Source of the DNA: an uncultured Janthinobacterium sp.
Lineage (GTDB): Bacteria > Vulcanimicrobiota > Vulcanimicrobiia > Vulcanimicrobiales > Vulcanimicrobiaceae
Assembly: GCA_964658025.1 (NCBI GenBank)
Contig: CAZZXB010000016.1
Coordinates: 1 to 31,018, forward strand
Length of the DNA stretch: 31,018 nucleotides
Direction of reading: 5' to 3'
Shown here: positions 24,076 to 31,018 of the stretch, piece by piece
How positions within the stretch are numbered: the first letter of the stretch is position 1
Layout: the number at the start of each line of letters is the position of its first letter
Notes under the pieces: model-generated
What the model was told of the DNA's origin: nothing
Seen by the model: the letters and a program-made list of their open reading frames with translations, nothing else
The model's database searches: none
Position numbers and translations under genes: made by a program

Positions 24076-25100
24076 ATGCGCCGTGGGGCGCTCCTCGCCT
24101 CTTTTGTCGCAATCGCCTTCGGCTTTTCGTGCGCTCGCGCGAGCTTCCGTTGCACGGGCTCGTGCTCGCGACGAAGAGCGCGACGCACGAGGTCGTGGTC
24201 CGTTACGACGCGTCGCCGGGCGAACCCGCCGGTATCGGAACCTTTCGCGTGGATCCGGCGAGCGCGCTCGGCGCGCTCAAAGCGGGCACGCGAATCGACG
24301 CCCGGGCCGATATGGATGCGAAGCCGTGGACGCTCGCGGAGATCCGCGCGCGCGGTGCGGAGACGCTCATCGGCGCCGGCGCTCCGGCGACCGATATCGC
24401 CGCACCGCAAATCCTGCGCGACGTCCATCACGTGGCGCTCGACGAGTTCACGCCCGACGCGCCGTTCGTCGATCAGAACGGGAAGCCGTTCGATCTCGCG
24501 TCGTTACAGGGACGGACGGTCGTGCTCGGCTTCGTCTACACGCGTTGCCGCGACGCGCGCGCCTGTCCGCTCGTGTCGGCGAAATTCAAGACGCTCCAGG
24601 AGGCGCTCCGCGGCGCACCGGTCCATCTCGTCGAGGTCTCGCTCGATCCCGCGTACGATCGTCCGAACGTCCTGACGCGATATGCGCGGACGTTCGGCGT
24701 CGATCCCGCGCGTTGGACGCTCGCCACGGGCGATCCCGATCGCGTCCTCGATTTCGCCGCGAAGTACGACGTGACGGCGTTCCCGGACGAACGCGTCGGC
24801 ATCATCCATCCCGAACGACTCGTCCTGCTCGACGCGAACGGCAAGATCCACGAACTCATCGACGAGGCGTCGTGGGCGCCGAGCGAGATCGTCTCGGAGA
24901 TCCGCCACGACGGTCGACTCGGCTCGAATCCGATCGAACGATTCAACCTCTGGCTCTCCAAGGCGGCGGTCGCGGTGTGCGGAAATTCCGTCGCCGGATT
25001 TTCGGGCTTCACCGATTTGCTGACGGTCGTCGCGATCGTCCTCTTCTTCGGATTTCTCTTCTGGCGACTCGCACGTACGATCGCGCGCGGCGCGACGTGA
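24076..25100 (+). CDS. SCO/SenC copper chaperone with degenerate N-terminal CusF-like domain; apparent frameshift after the signal peptide
   Basis: FVDQNGKPF.L..LQG, FVYTRCRDARACP, VSLDPAYD, WTLATG, IIH and a C-terminal TM helix. Signal peptide from ATG 24076 is in a different frame from the body (in-frame alternative GTG 24129). Confidence 0.85.
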
Positions 25101-25117
25101 TTCGGAAGGACGGGACC

Positions 25118-25498
25118 ATGCAGACGACCGCAAAACGCGTCGACGCGACGCAAGCCGCGCTCGCGCTCATCGAAAAACTCCGCAAGCGCAACGGAGATCT
25201 CATGTTCCATCAGTCGGGCGGGTGTTGCGACGGGAGCAGTCCGATGTGTTATCCGCTCGGCGATTTCATGCTCGGCGCGAGCGACGTGAAGCTCGGCGAG
25301 ATCGGCGGCGCGCCGTTCTACATGAGCGAATCGCAGTTCGAATATTGGAAGCACACGATGCTCATCATCGACGTCGTTCCGGGACGCGGCGGGATGTTCT
25401 CGCTCGAAAACGGCGAGGGCGTTCGCTTCCTGACGCGTTCGCGCATGTTTACCGACGACGAAACCGCACGCTTGGAACCGGTCACCGCGGCCGTCTAA
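25118..25498 (+). CDS. DUF779 family protein
   Basis: LMFHQSGGCCDGSSPMCY, QFEYWKHT and GRGGMFSLE..EGVRFLTRSR motifs. Confidence 0.93.
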   Translation: MQTTAKRVDATQAALALIEKLRKRNGDLMFHQSGGCCDGSSPMCYPLGDFMLGASDVKLGEIGGAPFYMSESQFEYWKHTMLIIDVVPGRGGMFSLENGEGVRFLTRSRMFTDDETARLEPVTAAV

Positions 25499-25533
25499 AA
25501 GGTCGGAGCGGCGCGGCGGACAATTTCGCCGAC

Positions 25534-26532
25534 GTGGAAAATCGCGCTCGTTTCATCCAAAAAACGGCCGCCCTCATCGGCGCGGCTTCACTCGACTTCG
25601 GCGGTCTCGCGATGCGCTCGCAGGCCGCAGACGCCGATATCGCGGTCGACGCGCCGGAACTCTTTCCCGAGAGTATGGCGTACCTCGCCGCGACGCAACG
25701 CTTCTACGTCGGCTCGGTGCGCTACGGCCGCGTGTCGTCCGTCGGCTTCGACGGGACGATCGCGACGCTCGTCGACGATCCGAGCCTACATTCGACGTTC
25801 GGGATCGTCGCCGACGAGAAACGCGGCACGATCCTCGCGTGCAGTGCGGATATCGGGCTGAGCGTCCGTTCGACGGCGGCCGACACGACGCGCATCTGCA
25901 AGGTCCTCACGATCGACGCGCGCTCGGGCGAGATCGTGCGGACGGTCGACCTCATCGCATCGACACCCGGGAAGCATCTTCCGAACGATGCGGCGATCGC
26001 AGCCGACGGCTCCGTCTACGTCACCGACACGCTCTCGCCGATCGTCTTCCGCATCTCGCCGACCGGCGAACCCGAGACGTTCGTCACGGACGTGCGCTTC
26101 GCTCCGCCGGACGGTCCCGGGGGCGCCGGTCTGGACGGCATCGCGATCGCGCCCTCGGGGACGATCGTCGCGAACCATATCGGACACGGGACGTTTTTCC
26201 GGATCGATCCGACGACGAAGGCCGTCACGCAAGTCGCGTTACCCGACGACGCGCGACTCCCCGGTTGCGACGGCATGCGCTTCGAAAAAGGCGACCTCGT
26301 CTTCGCGCAGAGCGTGCTCGGCGGGCCGAACGCGAAGAACGCGATGGTCACGCTGACGTCGACCGACGACTGGCGTACCGCGAAGATCGGGACGACCGTT
26401 CCGGCGGCGAGATCGACGTATCAGACCGTTCGGACGCCGCGCGGCGTGTACGGAATCCAGAGCGGGCTCGAACTGCTCTTGAAAGATCCGCACGCATCCG
26501 TACCGCGCTTCACGATCGCGCATCTCGCGTAG
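25534..26532 (+). CDS. Exported SMP-30/gluconolactonase-like beta-propeller protein
   Basis: LFPESMAY, PNDAAIAADGSVYVTDT, LDGIA and CDGM repeats. N-terminal NRARF Tat-like leader. Confidence 0.8.
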   Translation: MENRARFIQKTAALIGAASLDFGGLAMRSQAADADIAVDAPELFPESMAYLAATQRFYVGSVRYGRVSSVGFDGTIATLVDDPSLHSTFGIVADEKRGTILACSADIGLSVRSTAADTTRICKVLTIDARSGEIVRTVDLIASTPGKHLPNDAAIAADGSVYVTDTLSPIVFRISPTGEPETFVTDVRFAPPDGPGGAGLDGIAIAPSGTIVANHIGHGTFFRIDPTTKAVTQVALPDDARLPGCDGMRFEKGDLVFAQSVLGGPNAKNAMVTLTSTDDWRTAKIGTTVPAARSTYQTVRTPRGVYGIQSGLELLLKDPHASVPRFTIAHLA

Positions 26533-26554
26533 GCGGCGACCGACGGATCGCCGC
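26533..26554 (+). terminator. GC hairpin immediately after the stop codon
   Basis: gcggcga-ccgacgga-tcgccgc. No U-tract. Confidence 0.3.
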
Positions 26555-26618
26555 GACGGGACACGATCGCGGCTCCGCGTTCCCGGAGTTCGACGGGAGT
26601 ATACCGAACGGGAGGACG

Positions 26619-27005
26619 ATGAAGCGAGTCGCGACGTCGGCGTCGTCGATCGAGGCACGCGCGACTCGAGCCGCGCGGCGGCATGCGGCGCTCGCCGAAG
26701 GGCTCGAAACGTTCGTCGCGGCCGCACGATCGTTTCCCGACGTCGAAGCCGTGTACGTTTACGGGTCGTTCGCGAGAGATTCCGTCGGGCCGGATAGCGA
26801 CCTCGACCTCGTGATCGTCCGTCGCACGTCGCTTCGTGGACCGGCGCGCGGTGAAGATCTCGTCGAGCGGGCGTTGCCGGGCGTCTCGTTCGACCTCACC
26901 GTCCTCACGCCGGAAGAGTTCACGACGGTCGCGACCCACGAGTCCGGTTACTGGTACGACGCGTTGCACGACGCGCGGCTCGTCTACGATGCAGCGCGAC
27001 CGTAA
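26619..27005 (+). CDS. Minimal nucleotidyltransferase (MNT)
   Basis: VYVYGSFAR....DSDLDL motif and RBS GGAGG. Confidence 0.9.
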   Translation: MKRVATSASSIEARATRAARRHAALAEGLETFVAAARSFPDVEAVYVYGSFARDSVGPDSDLDLVIVRRTSLRGPARGEDLVERALPGVSFDLTVLTPEEFTTVATHESGYWYDALHDARLVYDAARP

Positions 27006-27396
27006 GGCCGTCGCCGCGTCGTGGCTCGCGACGGCCGAGCGCGATCTTCGGGGTGCTCGCGCGATGCTCGAAGGCGAACCGTCGCTCGCCGCCTTTCACG
27101 CGCAACAGGCCGTCGGAAAGGCTCTCAAGGCGGTACTCGTTTGGATCGCGGACGATCATCCGCGAACGCATGCCGCGACGACGCTCGTACGCGAACTCAT
27201 CGCGCACGAGCCGGGTGCGAGCGTCCTCGAGGCCGATGCATCCGCGCTCGATCTCTACTACCTCACGTCGCGCTATCCCGACGCCGTCGGCGACGTCGAT
27301 CCGGGCGACGTGATCGGTACCGACGATGCGCGGCGAGCACTCGCGCGTTGCGATCGGGTCCTGTCGTACGTTCGGAGCCGTCTCTCCGGAGCGTAG
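26989..27396 (+). CDS. HEPN domain protein (PF05168-like)
   Basis: WL..AERDL, FHAQQAVGKALKA, PRTH and YLTSRYPD. 17-bp overlap with the MNT gene. Confidence 0.9.
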   Translation: MQRDRKAVAASWLATAERDLRGARAMLEGEPSLAAFHAQQAVGKALKAVLVWIADDHPRTHAATTLVRELIAHEPGASVLEADASALDLYYLTSRYPDAVGDVDPGDVIGTDDARRALARCDRVLSYVRSRLSGA

Positions 27397-27500
27397 CCGC
27401 CGGACCTCGACGAAGCCTTCTCGATGGTCGAGCCGGACGACGTCCGTTCGACTCCGTTTCATTCGACGCTATTCGCGCTTCTTGCGATCGTCTTTACGTC

Positions 27501-28520
27501 CTACGTGCTCGGCAGTTCGAGATGGCCGCCGAATTGGAAGCGGAGCGCGGAGAGGATCTTATCCTGAAAATCCGCTTTGCCGCGCGAACTGAAGCGCGCG
27601 TAGAGCGCGGCGGTGAGGACCGGAACGGGCACGCCTTCGTCGATCGCGGCCTTGATCGTCCAACGACCCTCGCCCGAATCGGAGACGCGGCCGGCGAATT
27701 TCGTGAGCTCCGGATCGTCGACGAGCGCGGACGCGGCGAGATCCAAGAGCCACGACGAGATGACGCTGCCGCGACGCCACACTTCGGCGACGTCCCCGAG
27801 TGCGAAATCGAATCGATAGTTCTCGGGGTCGCGCAAGGGCGTCGTCTCGGCATCGTGTTCGGTCGTCGCGACCTTGCCGATATTCGCATCGCGTAAGACG
27901 CCGAGACCTTCGGCGTACGCGGCCATGATGCCGTATTCGATGCCGTTGTGTACCATCTTGACGAAGTGGCCCGCGCCGTTCCCGCCGCAGTGGAGGTAGC
28001 CGAGTTCGGCCGTGCCGCGATTCTCCGGGCGTCCGGGCGTCCGTTCGATCGAACCCGGGCCGGGCGCGAGCGTCTTGAAGATCGGGTCGAGGCGTTCGAC
28101 GACGGCATCGGGGCCGCCGATCATCATGCAATAGCCGCGCTCGAGTCCCCACACGCCGCCGCTCGTGCCGACGTCGACGTAGTCGACGTGCTTCGCGCGT
28201 AGCCGATTCGCACGCACGATGTCGTCGACGTAATACGAGTTACCGCCGTCGATGAGCACGTCGCCCGCTTCGAGCAGCGGCACGAGTTCGTCGATGCTCG
28301 CGTCGACGGCGCCGGCCGGAACCATCAGCCAGATCGCGCGCGGCTTCGAGAGTTTTCCCACGAAGTCGGCGAGGCCGGAAGAGCCCGTCGCACCGTCGGC
28401 CGCGAGCCCCCCGACCGCGGCAGCGCTCCGATCGTAGACGACGCAGTCGTGGCCGTTCCGGATCAAACGACGGACCATGTTCGCGCCCATGCGGCCGAGG
28501 CCGATCATCCCGAGTTGCAC
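27501..28520 (-). CDS. gnd: 6-phosphogluconate dehydrogenase (decarboxylating, short type)
   Basis: GMIGLGRMG, DGGNS, DVGTSGG, GHFVKMVHNGIEYG, DSGEGRW and FGGH. GTG 28520 after GAAGGG. Confidence 0.95.
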   Translation of the reverse strand: MQLGMIGLGRMGANMVRRLIRNGHDCVVYDRSAAAVGGLAADGATGSSGLADFVGKLSKPRAIWLMVPAGAVDASIDELVPLLEAGDVLIDGGNSYYVDDIVRANRLRAKHVDYVDVGTSGGVWGLERGYCMMIGGPDAVVERLDPIFKTLAPGPGSIERTPGRPENRGTAELGYLHCGGNGAGHFVKMVHNGIEYGIMAAYAEGLGVLRDANIGKVATTEHDAETTPLRDPENYRFDFALGDVAEVWRRGSVISSWLLDLAASALVDDPELTKFAGRVSDSGEGRWTIKAAIDEGVPVPVLTAALYARFSSRGKADFQDKILSALRFQFGGHLELPST

Positions 28521-28566
28521 GCCGTATCCCTTCGCTTCGTGTGAGGTGACGCGTTCGATCGCGTGA

Positions 28567-29988
28567 TTACGACGCGAGCGGGATCTTTCGCTCCCGGTCG
28601 CGCGATGCGAGCAGTAAGGTACCGATGGTGGCGAGCGCCGCGACGCCCGCGAATAATTCGTACGCGAGTTTATACGCCGCGGGATCGTCGATACCGGTTC
28701 CGACGACGCCGCCCGCGAGCGAGCCGCCGAAGATCTGGCCGATGATGAGGAAGATGCTGAGCAGGCCGACGCCCGTCGCGCGCGACGAGCTCGGCACTTC
28801 GTTCGTGATGATGTAGCGCGTCGGCGCGCCGAGCAACGCACCGAATCCGACGCCCGCGATCACGATGCCGACGATCGCGAGCCAGAGCGTCTCGAGCGAC
28901 TCCGCGAAGAGTAAGAGTCCGATCGCGGTGAGCGACGAGCCGACGAGCAGGACGGCGCGACTTCCGTACACGTCGAGCGCGCGGCCGGCGAGCGGGATGA
29001 TCGCGACGAACATCACGGCGCCGAGCGCGGCGACCCCGCCCGCGGCGATCGCCGTGAGGCCGTCGGCCGCCACGAGCGCGGCCGGGATGAAGAAGAGCGC
29101 GCCTTCGAGGAGCCCGATCCCGAGTTCGAGCGCGTACGTCACCGCGAGTTGCCGCGTCGCGAAGAGTTTGGGCGCGATGATCGGCGCGGCGGCGCGTCGC
29201 TCGACCGGAACGAGCGCGACGAAGGCGAGCGCCGCGACGACGAGCGCGACCGTCGTCGCGCCCGCACCGAAACTCGCCGCGCGCGGATCGAGTCGCGTGA
29301 GACCGACCATCACGCCGAGCAGGCCGATCGCCAGCAGCGCGATCCCCGCGACGTCGAGCGGGCCGCGCGCGCGGATCGCCGAGGCGGGAACGTGTCGGAG
29401 CGCGAGCACGATGACGACGATCGCGAGCGGGACGTTGGCCGCGAAGATCCAGTGCCACGAAAAGAAATGCGTCGCGATCCCGCCGACGGTCGGCCCGACG
29501 ATCGCCGCGAGTCCCCACACCGCGCCGAGAAGTCCGAGCGCCGAACCGCGCCGTTCGAGCGGCACGCGATCGGCGATCGCCGCGGTCGCGACCGGAAAGA
29601 TACCGCCGGCCCCCGCCGCTTGGATCGCGCGCGCGACGAGGAACGCCACGAACGTCGGCGAGAGGATCGCGAGCACGCTGCCGACCGCGAAGATCGAGAC
29701 GCAGAGGATGTAGATCGCGCGCCGACCGATCGTGTCGGCGAGCTTCGACATGATCGGGATGCTCACGACGTTCGCGAAGAGATAGAGCGTGAAAGCCCAC
29801 GCGACGTCGCGCGCGGGGACGCCGAACTCGTGCGCGATCGACGGGAGCGCGGGCGAGAGCACGCCGAGATCGAGCGCGCCCGCGAACACGCCGAGCGCGA
29901 GGGTCAGTAAGAGCGGGAGATGCGAGCGGTCGAACGAGTGCCCCGCGACGCTCGCGGCTTCCGGCGGCCGCGTTCGCGTCGTCGCCAT
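28567..29988 (-). CDS. MFS transporter (DHA2/14-TM-like)
   Basis: LADTIGRR motif A, ARAIQAAGAGG, GPTVGG, WHWIF..NVP and LDVAG motifs. Confidence 0.92.
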   Translation of the reverse strand: MATTRTRPPEAASVAGHSFDRSHLPLLLTLALGVFAGALDLGVLSPALPSIAHEFGVPARDVAWAFTLYLFANVVSIPIMSKLADTIGRRAIYILCVSIFAVGSVLAILSPTFVAFLVARAIQAAGAGGIFPVATAAIADRVPLERRGSALGLLGAVWGLAAIVGPTVGGIATHFFSWHWIFAANVPLAIVVIVLALRHVPASAIRARGPLDVAGIALLAIGLLGVMVGLTRLDPRAASFGAGATTVALVVAALAFVALVPVERRAAAPIIAPKLFATRQLAVTYALELGIGLLEGALFFIPAALVAADGLTAIAAGGVAALGAVMFVAIIPLAGRALDVYGSRAVLLVGSSLTAIGLLLFAESLETLWLAIVGIVIAGVGFGALLGAPTRYIITNEVPSSSRATGVGLLSIFLIIGQIFGGSLAGGVVGTGIDDPAAYKLAYELFAGVAALATIGTLLLASRDRERKIPLAS

Positions 29989-29995
29989 CTTCGCG

Positions 29996-30913
29996 TTACC
30001 CGATCACGCGATCGGCGACCATCGCGACGCACATCAGCGCGAGATACAAGAGCGAATATTTGAACAGCACGCGCGCGAGCGGTTTCGTCGGTCCGCGAAG
30101 CATCTTCCACGCGTCCCAGAGGAACACCGAGCCGAGGATCGCCGCGGGGACGAAATACCACAGGCCCATCACGTGCATCGGCGTGAGCGCGAGCGACATC
30201 GCGACGAGCACGACGGTGTACGCGAAGATCTCGATCTTCGTCCGGCGCACGCCGCGCACGTTCGGAAGCATCGGCACCTTCGCTTTTTCGTAATCGGTAT
30301 TCGCCATGAGCGCGAGCGCCCAGAAGTGCGGCGGCGTCCAGAGAAAGATGAGCGCGAACAAGCCGAGCGCGGGCGCTCCGACGCCGTGCGACACGGCGGC
30401 CCAGCCGACGAGCGGCGGAACGGCGCCCGCGGCGCCGCCGATCACGATGTTGAGCGTCGTCGTCCGTTTGAGCCAGAGCGTGTAGATCAACACGTAATAC
30501 GCGTTGCCCGCAAGCGAGAGCCACGCGGCGAGCGGATTGACCGCGCGATAGAGTAACGCGAAGGACGCGATGCCGAGCACCGTCGCGAAAACGGCGCCCG
30601 CGCGCGGCGAGATGCGCCCGGCCGCGACCGGTCGCGATTTCGTGCGCGCCATGACGGCGTCGATGTCTCGATCGATCACGCAGTTGAACGCACCCGCCGA
30701 TCCGGCGGCGAGCGCGCCGCCGACGAGCGTCGCGAGCGTGAGCCAGAACGACGGAAGTCCGCGCGCGGCCATCACCATCGCGGCGAACGTCGTGATGAGG
30801 AGCAGGTACGCGATCCGCGGTTTCGTGAGCTCGTAGTAATCCGAGAGCGTGCCGCGCCAGCCGACGGCGAGCGGCGGAACGTGGCCGTCCATCCGCGAGA
30901 GGGTGGAACTCAC
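29996..30913 (-). CDS. ctaB: Protoheme IX farnesyltransferase (heme o synthase)
   Basis: LTKPRI, DRDID.VMART..RP, YT.WLKR, GG.AGA.PPL.GW and WTPPHFWAL motifs. Confidence 0.96.
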   Translation of the reverse strand: MSSTLSRMDGHVPPLAVGWRGTLSDYYELTKPRIAYLLLITTFAAMVMAARGLPSFWLTLATLVGGALAAGSAGAFNCVIDRDIDAVMARTKSRPVAAGRISPRAGAVFATVLGIASFALLYRAVNPLAAWLSLAGNAYYVLIYTLWLKRTTTLNIVIGGAAGAVPPLVGWAAVSHGVGAPALGLFALIFLWTPPHFWALALMANTDYEKAKVPMLPNVRGVRRTKIEIFAYTVVLVAMSLALTPMHVMGLWYFVPAAILGSVFLWDAWKMLRGPTKPLARVLFKYSLLYLALMCVAMVADRVIG

Positions 30914-31018
30914 GGCGTCGACGCCATCCGTCGCGACGGCGGCGCGGCGGTCGCGGCGGCGCGGTGCGGGGCGCGTTCGGGATCGAGCGCCGCGAGCGAC
31001 GCCGCGACCACGAAGGCC
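30910..31018 (-). CDS. C-terminal fragment of a membrane protein coupled to ctaB (possibly heme A synthase CtaA)
   Basis: AFVVAASLAALDPERAP...STP*, with TGA overlapping the ctaB GTG. Identity inferred from context only. Confidence 0.4.
   Translation of the reverse strand, partial: AFVVAASLAALDPERAPHRAAATAAPPSRRMASTP

Noticed and set aside
24029..25117. 489-aa ORF implying a DUF779 fusion
   Set aside because: The upstream part is an alternate frame of the SCO gene; DUF779 begins at ATG 25118.
27501..30913. gnd-MFS-ctaB cluster as a novel system
   Set aside because: Ordinary housekeeping genes with no unusual motifs; no evidence of a functional link.
1..31018. CRISPR arrays, tRNA/rRNA, IS elements, integrases and tandem repeats
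   Set aside because: None seen by eye. Recurrent cgcgcg/gcgatcgc words reflect codon and CpG bias, not repeat elements.

Overview
GC-rich bacterial chromosomal window with very high CpG content. Protein style suggests Eremiobacterota/Vulcanimicrobiota, but this is inference only. About 31 genes, left to right: (1) minus-strand archaic (Csu/spore-coat-U type) chaperone-usher pilus operon running directly into a sodium:solute symporter; (2) a GTGA-coupled operon of GH20 N-acetylhexosaminidase, an IT-like permease fused to an extra domain ending in a PDZ-like module, and a stand-alone hydantoinase/oxoprolinase A-like ATPase; (3) ferritin-like di-iron protein, GT-C glycosyltransferase, lipoprotein and TylM1-like methyltransferase; (4) a second GTGA-coupled operon of FAD oxidoreductase, small HExxH protein, BadF-type kinase and nanE; (5) an A2-type caa3-like cytochrome c oxidase operon with two small extra membrane ORFs, then a CusF-SCO fusion, DUF779, a beta-propeller, an MNT-HEPN pair, gnd, an MFS transporter, ctaB and probably the end of ctaA. 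The best candidate for an undescribed system is blocks 2+4, a putative non-canonical N-acetylhexosamine/ManNAc utilisation pathway with an unusual permease-PDZ fusion. No tRNA, rRNA, CRISPR array or transposase was seen. All family calls come from visual motif recognition, not database searches.
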